Shown: positions 11,405 to 24,432, numbered from the whole stretch's first letter. The stretch: 60,811 bases of DNA, filler included, from Porpidia crustulata (GCA_964255105.1; 5 parts of 5 records of this genome joined end to end with filler, not necessarily neighbours in it); one strand, 5' to 3'. Numbers and translations are program-made. The notes: a model not told the origin generated them from the sequence alone.

Positions 11405-12076
11405 TCACGTTTTCGTGTTCTTCTTTAACTTCTTGATCTTTTTTGAGAACGGTGAGCTAAACTCTTCTGAAGAATTAGCAAAAGGCATCGACACGGCGTT
11501 GAAGAAGAAAACGGGAATCGCTTGATCCAGCTCAAGTGCAGAAGAGACTCGAAACACCTCAACATCGCTAAGTGTCGATACTATCTTCAATTCTGAGAAT
11601 ATTGTAATTGACTCGAATAGTTCAGTGAAAGCTTCTTCTACGATGTGCTGAAGTGATCTCTCAGTATCTGTAATAGTCAATCAATCGACAGTGCAGCTTG
11701 CCTGAAATAGTTGTTCAAAGTTAAACAAAATCTCAACGTTTTCGCTATCGGGATCATGTCGCTTCGTCGGTTTTCGGGAATCAAGAATGCGAAAATTTGA
11801 TACATCAGCTTCATCTGAATTGAAAGTTAATCAACATGAAATCTGAAAAATTGAATGAAAGACATACTCAAAGTCTTGCGATTGATATGAATTCTGCAGA
11901 TTTTCAACTCTGCTTGTAACACTATCATTTTCTTTTGCGTTTGTTCTCGAAGATCTCGATTTTGATGAGATTCGGCTGCTATATCATCGACAAGCTCTTT
12001 GTTCATCTGCAAAACATGTGACGATGAGAGAAGATCACTGATGTCAGCAACAAGACAGCTTTCTGTTACGATCAGA
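11405..12076 (-). pseudogene. 3' remnant (GED/stalk region) of a fungal Mx-like dynamin GTPase, hypermutated
   Basis: ESCLVADISDLLSSSHVLQMNKELVDDIAAESHQNRDLREQTQKKMIVLQAELKICR resembles the fungal dynamin GED pattern. It is followed by an intron (GTATGT..TTAAC..CAG) and a last exon with an internal TGA. Confidence 0.7.
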
Positions 12077-12116
12077 CCTTCCCCAACATCCCCAGCAGCC
12101 CACCGGATCAAGGTGG

Positions 12117-12216
12117 NNNNNNNNNNNNNNNNNNNNNNNNNNNNNNNNNNNNNNNNNNNNTTAATTAATTAANNNNNNNNNNNNNNNNNNNNNNNNNNNN
12201 NNNNNNNNNNNNNNNN
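12117..12216. other. Artificial contig spacer (44N-TTAATTAATTAA-44N)
   Basis: 100-bp spacer with stops in all six frames; identical at four positions. Confidence 0.99.
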
Positions 12217-12613
12217 GAGAAAAGAGATGGGAAGGGAAAAGGAGAAGGGGAAGGAAAAAGTCAAAAAAATCGACAACAATCGTCCAACCTTATTGCTCAT
12301 CCCATCCTTCCGCACGCTCAACAGCAACAACCTTCCGCTCAAGTTCGTAAACGGCAAGATATTCAAGTAATTCGGAACAGGGCATGGATGTGAAAGTCTT
12401 CTTTCGCATTAATTTCAAATTCAAAGGGCATCATCGCCTTGGGTACATGTCCAACGACATATTCTAGTCAACAAGATGAGATGCGCTGAAAAAAATCTAT
12501 CAAGCGCAGTATTGGGCATAAAATGCGATCATCTTCTTGATATGTTTATTCGTTTATTCTATGCTGGCGCTGACACGGAGATCCCTCGGTCCATGCACGG
12601 TAGCCTCCGTTCT

Positions 12614-13906
12614 TCATTTCCTGCTGGTCCGATTGAGCCGTTCCCCAGCTTTGAGGATTTTAATCGCGTCTTTGGTGTAGATGTAGCTGGCGCCGCTCCA
12701 GATAGTCGTCGCCGCTACGATGTATCTGTGGCGTGAAACCGTATAAGCTCTACTCTGTGGACCTCCGCAGCTCAGGGGAAGCAAGTAGGAAAGGCACTCA
12801 CTGCATCGTGGTCAAGCCCTCCTGACCCAGCATACCCATGTCCCAGACCATGCTACTCATCGTCCAGCCCACCAAACCCAGTTGCAACGCCGTGTTGATT
12901 TTACTTATCCCCGTCGGCCGTACCTCTGCGCTGGGCAGACTGAAATCCCAGTAGCGTGCCAGGGTCTTGGGGGGAGGAAGGGAGATGTAGCGGTAGTAGA
13001 TGGCGGCGAATCCGAGAAGCACATCTCGTCCGAGGATGAGAATGGCAAGTGGGACTATGGTAATGCTGTCAGACAAGTGTGGGGATAAATCGTCATGGCG
13101 ATTCTATAGACTGTAAGAGGCTCTAACTCACTCGGCAAGGCTCCTTCCCAGGCCAAACATCCCACCACCACCGTCATCAACGTCTTATCCGCCATTGGAT
13201 CAATGACCGTTCCAACCACTGTTTGCAGGTTATATTTCCTAGCAATCCAGCCATCGACAAGATCCGTGGCACCAGCGTAGACAAAGAGCGAGAGGGCGGG
13301 AAAATGCATGCCGTTGAGTATTAAGTAGCCAATGACTGGGGCGGAGAGAAGGCGTGAGAAGGTGAGAAGGTTGGGAAGGGTATATATATTTTCATAGATG
13401 GGTAAGAGGGAGGGGATATGTTTGGAAAGGGGGGTACGTCTGTGCGAACGGCGGAGTTAGTAATAGAACAGTAGTGAAGAAGAGTAAAAAGTATTTTTAT
13501 GCCATTCGCTTTGCCATTAGATCTTGCTAATGTGGGCGGCTAAGGAGCGATGGTAAAGCGCAGGAAACAGACACAGGCTTTGCAACAAGTAGGACTAACG
13601 ACACTCACTCGACGACGTGACATACCCATTCTCCCCCTTCCCTTTCTGCCCTTCATCTACACTCAAGCATCGTATCTGCCCTGTCCATGCACTTCGCCCT
13701 GACCTGATCCCATGCGTTCAGCCTCTTAACCAAAGTTTGCTCTCGACCTAAGCTCACCTCCCCGAAAGACTCCCTATTCTTTCATGATCCGTCCGTCTTG
13801 CCCGTAAACCTCCAATGCTTTGTACGATGTAACGACCAGACCATAAGCCTTGAGGATTTGCTATGCGACAAGAACTCCGGAACGCCACCGACGCTGGCAG
13901 CGCCAT
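12614..13906 (-). CDS. CRD1: Cardiolipin synthase (CDP-alcohol phosphatidyltransferase), multi-exon
   Basis: YENIYTLPNLLTFSR, ATDLVDGWIARKYNLQTVVGTVIDPMADK, YRYISLPPPKTLARYWDFSLPSAEVRPT.ISKINTALQ, TTIWSGASYIYTKDAIKIL. The first exons splice in frame from ATG 13906. Confidence 0.92.
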
Positions 13907-15761
13907 TGCATGGTGTTTTTACGCAGGTGTTACACGAAGAACGTTGACTAGGGCGTGTGTCAGCGACAAGGATACTCCGAGAGAAGTGGTGTGCTCGCTG
14001 TCATTCTACACATGAGGCTCTCTCGGAGTGCTTACTGTTTCGAGCTTGAAACACCAAAGCGGCGTGATCTACTTACTAAGCAAAACGCTGACAGTATATG
14101 CCCGGTCCATAGCTCGGAAGAATTTTCCAACTCGGCTAGCACGGTATCAAGACCAGGCACTCGACCAATACGTCTCGATGAAGGAAGATCACTACGCCAA
14201 AGACTAAAGCCTTGTTAGTGTTGCGCTCTGAGACCCTGATTGACGGTGGAGTAGATTCAACGATTTTCAGCTCTGCTGAGACGTAAATATTCTTAGGTTC
14301 CCCTGTCGTCGCAAATGGAAATAACATTCTCGGGTTAACTGATTCTCTCATCTTCTGAATGTGACGTCACCTACCAAAGAGGTCGAAGTTCGTGAGATGT
14401 TCCTCCCACCCTACCAAGATAAGGTGCCATTGGTTGCACCGCACACTGGCTGATCTCTGATCTCCACTGCAAGGCATCCATCTGTTCCCACCATCTGCAC
14501 CTGTCAATCTGGCAGATGAAAGCCCTCGGCGTCGTCTCTTCCCTCCCCTGGTGTCGCTCGATCCAATTGACAGTGAAGTCGGGATGTTCCATCACTCCCA
14601 TTAAGATATCGTCTCCACCCCATGGAAGACCGGAGGCTTCTCCGGAACCCTTTGTCAATTCCGCCCTCCCCTGGTTTATTCAACAACGTATGATTATCTC
14701 ACTGACGCGGGGGCTTCGGGATTTGCTTCTCAATAGCCGGTCGATCACTATCTTAGGGAGACCCGTTTGATACGTGCGCTAGTGATGGCAAAAATACACT
14801 ATTGTTGTAATTTTCAAATTCAAGCGCGCGAATCATGGATTTGATTTGCAGCTTGGCATCGACTCGATAGATGGTACATTGGTACCTTTGAACAACAATG
14901 CAAGCAATCTGAATAATCAGCGAAGTGGCAGCATATGATTGTTATTTGTTTAATCGGTTGAAGTCGGCAACAAATGGCAGGCATTATATATCCAAGCAGC
15001 GTTCTAGACTCCAGAGACTCCAACGCGGGGAATGGATGGCATGACCCCTCAAACCGACAGGGGTTTGACAGTTCAGATCATTCTCATCATTTCATTGTAT
15101 TGGACCTTCTGGTGGCCCTAGCCTTGAAGCTTGATCCTTCCCAAGACCCTCTCGCCGGTCGTCATGGATTCATGACATTACTAAGCAAAGTGCTTGAGAC
15201 GGATCGTGCCTTTCGTCTCGTACACATGCTAGGAAGAGCAAAGAGAAGCTGTTGCGCCTGGACCATAGATTGTGGCCAGCGTAAGCCTCAAATTCGTCCG
15301 TCGTCTCGGTGACAAGGAAACATAATGCTGGATAAATTCTATGACTGGTATAGATGTAAACTATAGCGGGGTTGCGATTCGCAATGCAAAAGGAAACTTG
15401 CTTAGTCCTAAAAGACTCTGGGGATATCATAAGGGTAAGACCTGGCCCAGCACATCCACATACTGCCAAAATTCCTCGGGGAACAAATAAAACATTATAT
15501 ACTCGTCAAACGTCAAAGAGAGATTTCGCCAAACTCCAGACCTCAACGAGCATGCTTTCTATCGTTTTTCTCGTACACAGCTGCCCAAAAGACATTGTGC
15601 TTCCAATATACGCCTAAAAGCGCCTTCCCAGAGACTTAGCCCCTTTCCCCTTTTGTGCAAATATGGATGGGCCGCCAAATGGGCCACATAGATAATAAAC
15701 CGCCCAGACACCAGACTAGTGACTAAGAAACTCGTAATTCAAGGAGATTTGTCAGGTTTCT

Positions 15762-17252
15762 CTAGGATTGTGCTCGATAGGCAAACGAAGGTCCGTCTGC
15801 GCGGGTGGCGTATGAATGTGGCATATGCCATGCTTGAATTTGATGGAGTTGAGGGTATGACATGAGGCTGTTATTTAGCGGTGCGACGGTAGATCCAAAC
15901 GAGGCATAGAAATCGCCATTCCAGGCAAAATTATCCTGGGATGTTCCTGTAGTGTCAAGCATACCGCTCGGCCGGGGTAGCGTGTTTGGGGTCATATTTT
16001 GTTGGAAACCTACCTGCTGCAGCTGATCCTGAGGCGCTACTTGGGCTATGGGGTGATATTGAGGTTGATAGTGAGTTTGGTACTGGGAAATCTGTTGTCT
16101 CTCCCGCTTCACCAATTGCTGTGGTTGCGGCTGGGGTTGTGGTTGGGGTTGGCTCTGCTGTTGCAATTGGTGCTGAATTTGCTGAGGTGGATTCTGCGGG
16201 GTTGACGGTGGAGGATGATGTTGGACGAGCTGTTGAGGTTGATGCTGCGCTTGGTGATGTACTGGTTGCTGCGTTGCCTGGACGTGATGCTGAGGGTACG
16301 TGATCGACAAGGGTGTTGTTGCTGAAGCATACGTCGATGTCGTTGCTGGTACGGTAGAGTAACTCAGAATAGTTGATGGTGTCTGAGAAGAAGTGGCGTA
16401 AGGTGATATGCTTGGGTAATAGAATTGCGAGGTAGGTATCCCATCCGGCTGGTGGCCGTGTCCTTGCACGGGGATGGGGAAGTGCCTCATCTGATCGTAC
16501 CCGTTGGAGATGTACGAATATGGGTTCTGCGTGCCCTCCAGCTGCTCAAATACCCCATCACCTGCGTCATCAAAGTTGGGAAATTTGAATTTCGGCTGGT
16601 GCAGTAGCTCGTCTCGCAACGGCATATCCTTCAGCCGTGGATCGTCTCTCGGTGTTTCCAGGTGGTGTTTTGCATCGTCCAGCGAGTAGTATGAGACGAG
16701 ATGATGCTGGACGTTGTTGATAGTGACAGTCATGGTCTTTTTGAGTAATCCATTCTCTTTGAACTCGTACGAATCCACCAGTGAGCCAACCAAACCTCGG
16801 TCACCGTCTTTGTCGTGAGTCTCCTCCGACTTCACGCCAGGTGACTCGGGAGAGAAGGGATAGGAATTGTCGTCGCTGGATTTGGATGTCGGCTGTGGTG
16901 CCGGGTATGGCTCGCCGGGTTTGAGGTATCTTTGGCTCCTTTTAGTTGCTCTCTTCTTCTCGCCGGGGGGAAATGGACTGTTGAGCTGGCGGTATATCAG
17001 GAAGTTGGTCAGAATTCGACTCGGGCTCCATGGTATCCCGTCTGTCCACCGCTTGATCCCAGAAGTAGCTTCCTCGTACACAAAAACGTTCCCACTGACG
17101 ATGAGCTGGCTCCGTTCGCGATCGTGAGGTCGGCGGAAGCAGTGGGCGAGGGCACCGGTGAAGCATGCCTCGAAGATGATCAGCGCGTCCTTGGTGGTCT
17201 CAATGTGCCCTCGCCACGTGGGCACACATGCCGGAGCTTTGCCAACGTTCAT
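15762..17252 (-). CDS. RYP1: WOPR-domain (Gti1/Pac2 family, Ryp1/Wor1/Sge1 type) transcription factor with Q/P-rich C-terminus
   Basis: GHIETTKDALIIFEAC..RRPHDRER..SGNVFVYEEATSGIKRWTDGIPWSPSRILTNFLIYRQL and GSLVDSYEFKENGLLKKTMTV..HHLVSYY. Orthology versus paralogy is not resolved. Confidence 0.9.
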   Translation of the reverse strand: MNVGKAPACVPTWRGHIETTKDALIIFEACFTGALAHCFRRPHDRERSQLIVSGNVFVYEEATSGIKRWTDGIPWSPSRILTNFLIYRQLNSPFPPGEKKRATKRSQRYLKPGEPYPAPQPTSKSSDDNSYPFSPESPGVKSEETHDKDGDRGLVGSLVDSYEFKENGLLKKTMTVTINNVQHHLVSYYSLDDAKHHLETPRDDPRLKDMPLRDELLHQPKFKFPNFDDAGDGVFEQLEGTQNPYSYISNGYDQMRHFPIPVQGHGHQPDGIPTSQFYYPSISPYATSSQTPSTILSYSTVPATTSTYASATTPLSITYPQHHVQATQQPVHHQAQHQPQQLVQHHPPPSTPQNPPQQIQHQLQQQSQPQPQPQPQPQQLVKRERQQISQYQTHYQPQYHPIAQVAPQDQLQQVGFQQNMTPNTLPRPSGMLDTTGTSQDNFAWNGDFYASFGSTVAPLNNSLMSYPQLHQIQAWHMPHSYATRADGPSFAYRAQS

Positions 17253-18862
17253 GGCAGTCTCCAGGGACAGTCAGGCGAGAGCAGCAAGAGACTTCGGCTA
17301 GGAAGGAAAAGAGCGGAGGGATGTGTCAACCGTCAACCAAGTATATAGTCTTTACGGCCCAGGCAAAGTGAAAAGTCTTAATGCAGACAGACCAGCCTTA
17401 ATATATGATCGACCACAGGCGTGAAATGTATGTATTGAAGCTTGATAGAATTGCCGAAGGATAAACTTTTCGGTACAGCGGTTACCGTTTTTTCAAGGTT
17501 GCGGTCGGAAGTCTCCTCGAATGAGGAACAAGGTCTCAGGAAGGATCGATTCTTTCCTAATCCTGGGAAACTTCAGGGTGGGGAGAATTTGGGGGTTTTG
17601 GTGTGACCGCGTTTGAAATCTGTTAGATAAAGGTTTGAACGAATGATGCTGCTGCTTCTGATTTAACCGGAACGGTGGGAAAGCACGCGGCTATTGGAAG
17701 AGAAGGAGGAGGAAGAGCGTTTGTGCAAATAGAACAGCTACGAAGAGGTCCACATGCCTGTCGAGGTCCCAGCCCACCAAAGCATTACCGGAGAAGATTT
17801 GAGTTGGGGGGGGGTGTTTGTAGGGGAGATGGAGGTACGAGGGCAAAGCGAGCTCGAAGGTGAAGATGGGGTGATGGTCGTTGAATTCTCACTGGTAATA
17901 GTGAACAATTATTTCGGAAATTGTTAACGGTACGGAAGTACGAATACCTAGCAGTAGTGGTAGTGGCAGTACCTGGTACTTTTCCCACTACGGAACGAAC
18001 TACCATGATACTACTACTCGTGCTTGTTCTTGGCCGAACAACCTTAGGGGTGGGCTTGAACCCCACTATTCGAAGGTTTGAATTCCACAGGAAGGGCAAG
18101 TCCTTGAGTGAGGGTGTGTGTGTATCCAGTGCCAGGGTGCATGTAAAGCACGGAATGCCTAAGGTAGAGGCAGAGGCGGATTATTGTCGACTGTAAGGAT
18201 ACCAGAATGGGCAGTGTATGCGGCTATCAACTACCTAAGTGTAAGGTACGAATGTATGCTGGATCCAAGTACCCACGAAGTAGTGCCGTGATCAATAGGG
18301 TCGGTAGGTGTACATAGTACATGATGTATTCCACACTTTACCCTTGCAGTAATCCTCAGCTTGGATTCGGTTGACTCGTCACGGTAAGCAGCTCCGTCTA
18401 GGGTCTAGGGGAGGAAAGCACCTGCAAACTACCTACGACTACCTTGTTCACGCCTAGTACAGTTAGTGTCTTTGATCGTGTGGTGGTTTTTAAGAGAGCG
18501 AACGAGGCGGGGGCTATCCGCTATCGGCGTTGAGGCGACTCCCATTGGGTTGTGTTGCTGTCTCTTTCAGGCATTGCCCCAGGAAGGTCATTCGGATAAA
18601 ATTCTCACCCTATACCAGATATGGATGGTTAGGTGTTGAAAGACTCAAAAGGGTGCTGGTCCAGTACTTCAGAGAAATGCAGCACTACTGTACCTTAGTC
18701 CCCCAGGCAACTGCTGCCCACTAGTCAATGGCCAAGCCTGTGCCATTCATTTACCTGTATTCACCATGCACACGAGCGAAGCAGCATGAGGTGTGCGCTG
18801 CGCTCATGCCCATGTGAGGGCCCACAGCAGCATGACGCTCGAGAAGCGCGGGAATTGCTTGG

Positions 18863-18930
18863 TGCTGCTGCTGCTGGCTGCTGTAGCTGCGATAGCTGCT
18901 GTAGTTGCTGTAGTGCTGCTGTAGCTGCTG
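18863..18930. repeat. Degenerate (CTG/CAG)n microsatellite
   Basis: tgctgctgctgctggctgctgtagctgcgatagctgctgtagttgctgtagtgctgctgtagctgctg. Confidence 0.85.
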
Positions 18931-21900
18931 TGCGGGAAGTAAAAAGTAAGGTAATCGATATGCTGGTTCCATCACACCCTGGACTGGCGATGTGCAAGGA
19001 AGAAGCCTGTTCGTCGATGCGGGAAGATTCCTTGATCCTCTGGATCTCAGCGTAAAACCGTATCACCCTACGTCTGAGATTATTCATGTCTAGAAAACAG
19101 TAGTAGGGCAATAGAAATTAGGAGCAAGGAGTCCGGGTAGTGAGTGGCTCGAGAGGGTTGGAGGCTGGGAGGCAGGCTGGCTGATGGACTGATCGCTCCG
19201 AATTTTGAACCCACTTTCTCTGTGTGCCCCTCTTCTCGTTTCGTGCAGCCAAGCCTGCCTTCAGATGGCATCTACGTCTGCCTTGGTGACGATTTGACGT
19301 CAAGATGAACATAGTCCTGTAAAAGTCGTAATTCCTAGTCGTCACATCCACAGGCTCAATAATCAGTTATGCACCGTTATTCTCAGGATGATCCCGGGAA
19401 TGGTACGAGTCAGCAATGCAAATCATGCAAATCATGCACCAGATGGTAAAAGTATCTTGCTATATTTATGCCAACGCGATAATCGAGATGATATTTGCAT
19501 TTTGCAGTCGCACCCGTCAGCCATCAGAAAGCTCGTCGTGGGACAAGAGCCACTTAGGCAAGGACGCCATCCAAGCCATCAACGTTCCGAGTTACGGAGT
19601 AGATCTTGATTGAATAAGGGTTCTTGAAGGAAAGGAGCAATAGTGGCGCATCACATCCTGGCTGCTGAACAAGTCATTCGCCCAAGTATGGCCGGGGGGC
19701 TTCGATCCCGAGCCTAGATCAAAAGATTTCTTTGATGGGTGATGGGTCAAAAGGGTCATGGATGATGTTGGCGAGGCACCATACTCATTTTGACCCTCGA
19801 GCATGGGGGATGGGCAAGAGAGCCTGACCGCCGTGATGCATAGCGACCTAAGGGTCCCCACGACGGCAGTGCTCGCAGGTAGATAGATGCTGGATCATGT
19901 TAAAACCACCCACTGAGATAGAGTCTGAGTATCAACAGATTGGTCCTATCCCCTCGCAACATTTAAGTGTACATAGTGACGATAAGGAACTTGGATGCTG
20001 GTTTTCTGTGTGGTTCACGTGCGACACGGTAATCTAAAGCGAAATTAATAGGCCATCAAGACAACCCAGCCATGCGAGATCTAAGGCAATCAATCCACGA
20101 AAACTGCACCGATCCCAAATTTAATAATATATCTATACGAGACTCAGGCCTCTCCAGCAGATGCATCAAACATTTCTACGGCCAGGAACCAGGGTGGCAA
20201 TCTTCTATGCTGCCAACTTCATGCATCAACTGCGCTTGCATTCCGCTTATCGATCTTGGTCATATACACGGGAGCACAGTTTGGGAAGTTATTTTCTGCT
20301 GACTTTATCCGTTTTTCCATCTATAGATTTTTCCATTTGGGTGCATCCAAACGCTCAAACTCTGTCAGCAACGGATCACAGTGCAACGGATATGCAAGTG
20401 CCTTTCTCCAAAAGAAAAGATACAATAATCCTACCTTAAGGCGATATGATTGAACCATTACTGGCGTATTTGCTTCCGCGAAGGCTCAAGGCAGGAAGCG
20501 AAACTCAATCCCACTCTAGTCTGCCGTTGAGCGGTTGATCCTGCCAATAAAGGTTGACAAATATCTGGTAGCTCTGCCCAATTGGGTTGTCAACGCAGAC
20601 TACGCCACACACTCGTGAACCTTAGAGCCCTCTTCTTCGATATAACCGTTTTTGGGGTGACTATTAGTCTCCCCGTAGTAACGATGACTTCTTGCCCGTC
20701 AATACAGAGTATGATGACCATCTACTCACATAACGCACGACTCCAAATGCTCATCTTTCCGACGGACTGACCGCTAACTGCCACGCTGTAAGGCTGATAG
20801 GGGGTGGTTGGCTAAAGCCTGATTGTCGGCTGCACATGTCAATAATATCAAATCCTTTATCGTTTCTCTGGTTGTTGTCGAGGCTTTCCCGTTAGCAATC
20901 TCCAGGCCTTCGGTCTTACCCGTCAGGAAACCTACCCAGATAGGGACACCGAAGCTTGGAACTTCCCAGCTACAACCCTTGCTGAACGTGACCGCCATTG
21001 GCTCGCCATCGACATCTATCTAGTAACATCACCCGACCACGTCAGATGTACATGGCGAAGCTTGCGCTCGGCATCGACGGATCTGCTGTGGGGATATCGA
21101 GCTATTAGACACATGCGTGCTACAATAGCCATATACGAGTAGAGGAGCATTATCTGAGACATTGGCAGGCCGTGAACGTGGCAGTCCTTAAACAGGAACA
21201 AAAGCAAAATTGAGAGTTTACACGGCGTTCAGCGAATTGATAGACAGCTCGCGATCAGCGACCGCGTTCTCCAGATTCGTCCTGTTCAGAGCCTTGTGTG
21301 GCCATGCAGCGCCCGGCGATCCTTGTCTAAGGGGTAGGGAGGCAGGCAAAAGCCGTTAAGCGCTTAGAATTTGGAGACAATCGTCCATGGCGACTCGTAC
21401 TCGGAGATTTAGGACCTTTCACATGATGCTCTGATGCATGCCTGCAAGACCTGTTGTCTACAGCATAGACGGCCGATGCATACTGAAATTACTGGAGTTG
21501 CATGAACTCAATCATGTCAAGAGGCTTCATTCAGGTAGGTGGTGGACGATCAAACGGGTGTTCTCAACTCCAAATGTTTCTGGTTGATTGTAAGCTTTCT
21601 GATGTTTACGGAAGTAATCTCCAATCCGATGATATGAGTAAAAGTCCAACGTAATCGCCGGTTGACGTAGGCAAGCAGAACAATAGCGGTATTGCAGAGA
21701 ATTCCTGTCAGGTTTCTCTGCGAGACTTCTACTTCAGCCTTTGGAGCCTGCTGTGATGGCCACCAATCGGCGTTATCAAACCGTGGCGCCGAGTCATCTC
21801 TATTTGCCTATGACGCGTAAAAAGTGCGAAAATCAAAGGATGATGACTTTCATAGTATTGCTACCACCGAGGAGCTTGTCTAGAAGAAATGAGCTCCTTG

Positions 21901-24332
21901 CCGTTCAGCGACAGCGAGGTCTTTGGGCCCCATAGCCCGGACTACAGTCAACCATGCCCTCTAATTCTGAAGGGGATTCCGCAACCTATTAGATTCTCAT
22001 CCATCATTCTCCTCTACTCTCTCCTTTTTCCAGTCTTCATTGTGCCTCGTATGAGGGTGTCGTCGCCGTGTGCCAACCTGAACTTTCCGTCCATGTCCAT
22101 GTTTCCTAGCCAGGGGAACAAAGCTTGGAGACGCCGGCTCAGTTGTCAACATAGCTTCTGTCCACATTGCGTTGGAATAATCCCCTACGAAGCCGAAGCT
22201 GCCGAAGCAGAACACTTCCTATGGGCTATATACTTACCTACTCGGTGCCGTCGATGCCTAATAGCTAGGGTAACCATACTCCTTCACACCGAATGTACGA
22301 CGCACGAAATAGTCTATGGACCTCGTCTTTGCAGGCTTGACCCGGGCAGCCGGTCAGGATCGATTCAATAACTCATGGCCACAACACACCCGGTCTTACC
22401 GGATTCAAGTGATCAAGGAAAGGAGTCACGACTAAAGTCGTCTACCAGGATGAGACAAGTCTAAGGACGGCTATAAGAGTTTGTCCGCTCTACCCAGAAT
22501 GTGGAAGGACTCCAATCTCGGCCGCTGGTGGTTCTCGCCATTCGATGCTTGCGTATAGAGAGTCTAAGCTCTCCGGCTGAATCCTCCCAGCCAAGAGTAC
22601 TAACGTTGGACTTACTGCAGATCTCACAACACAAAGCTGGCGGCACTACTCAACCCAGCCTCATCTATACTCTGGTCTCTTTAGCCTCAAAGTGCCTGAA
22701 ATCTCGAACGATGAAGCATTGCCAGACGACCCATAACAACTGCGGTACCTTTTCCTTGAGCTTACATGAGGACTACGAGTCACTTTGGCCATTTATTGGA
22801 GGTTACAGCGGTCAGGCGAAGAAAACAGACCAGATGGTCATCGAACTGACCACAAAGGTAGTTGAAGACCTAGAGTATTAGCTTTCTATCGCATTGAGTA
22901 TCAGAGCTGTCTAGAAAACCTCTCGCTACCTCAATAAATCTTTGTCAAGAGCATTATGTACGAAGAGTATCGGCTGCCTAGAAAACGGCTACCTCCAATT
23001 AGGATCCCAATAGGTAAGAAGTAGAGCAGATTGCGGTGAGGAGACTCTGACATATTTGTAAAATTATGGACTGAAGACCGTGGAACTGCACAGTAGTGTA
23101 GCGTTCAAGATACAGAACCGAAAGGCTGACGCAATGAACATTAGATACTCTACCGCCTTCACTCCTGAAACTCTGACTGGCTTTGCACTCCTCTTCCCAG
23201 TCCAGACACCCTTGAACATGAAATAGGCCTCCCTCGCTCGATCCGCAGCAACCTTTCGTATCACGAAGTACGCGGATTCTCCACACAAGATGCTAGGTAT
23301 TTGCTGTCTTTGTATCCTGCAGACCGGTCGTCCACACCTCAATAATGGATAAAACTCTGTTCTTTAGCTTTACCGTGCAATACGCTTGTGTCCTGTCCGC
23401 GCTGGCTGTCAAACTTGGTAGATTTCTAACACAACTCGCTGAAAACCGTTCAAGTACGACAGATACGAGTACCTGCTAATCAAAGAAAAGTGGACAGATC
23501 CAAAGCCACTCTACTTGCCATTATTGGATGTCGAGGAAGTTGTATTCTGCACCGTATTTCTCATGTTCTCCTAAGCATCGCTCAGGATCTCCATTGGTGG
23601 CTACTGGTATGTCTAATCCAAGTCCAACACCATGATCTCAATTGCTCAGCCTGCGACCTTCCCTCCAAAATTACTCAGAACCTGCAATTCCGGATGCCAA
23701 GCTCAACTCCACAAGCTAGAGTCTTTGGGTCCGACTCTGACCTCCTATTTCCCGTGAAGTTTCCTTCAAAATGCCGGTTCTACGAGGCGCCGAGCATCTG
23801 GCTCGAGAACTCCAAGTAACCACATCCCCATCATAAAAAATGCGACATGACCAAAAACCCATAGACCACTACGGTCGCTGCGAGCACAACCTCAGTCATC
23901 ACTCTTCCCATATTCATACAAGCCTAACCATCTCCACCTCCTTCCCACGATTCCCGATCGTTCCAACATTTTCCCCATTGCCCCAACCATCAAACCCTAC
24001 AAATAAACCACCCGGCCCCTTTCTCGAGCAAGCAATCCCCTTCCCAACACCAGTCAGCTCCTTTGGACGCGGCGTTCTCTTAGCCCTCACATTGCATCAG
24101 ACAAGAAGCTCGCAAAGATGTCATGCGCTTGGTTCCAACCTTGCTTTGTGGTATTTTGCCTTGGTATTGACTCCTCAGCAAGCTATCTTGTAATCCCAGA
24201 ATCAGCGGGGCTACTCCCCAAATCAATACGCCTCCACTCGCAGGAGCCCTCCTAATTACATTTCCTCTCCAAACATCGAGACTTCCCAGCCCAATACCTC
24301 TCAACCCACCCCTACATAAAAACAAAACCTCC

Positions 24333-24432
24333 NNNNNNNNNNNNNNNNNNNNNNNNNNNNNNNNNNNNNNNNNNNNTTAATTAATTAANNNNNNNNNNNN
24401 NNNNNNNNNNNNNNNNNNNNNNNNNNNNNNNN
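24333..24432. other. Artificial contig spacer
   Basis: 44N-TTAATTAATTAA-44N. Confidence 0.99.

Noticed and set aside
12161..12172. Repeated TTAATTAATTAA palindrome at about 12-kb spacing
   Set aside because: Embedded in fixed N runs; it is an artificial linker, not a biological repeat.
13955..15617. Short ORFs between CRD1 and the WOPR gene
   Set aside because: No recognisable motifs or splice-consistent model.
18751..19111. Q/A-rich ORFs over the CAG tract
   Set aside because: The open frames are explained by the trinucleotide repeat.
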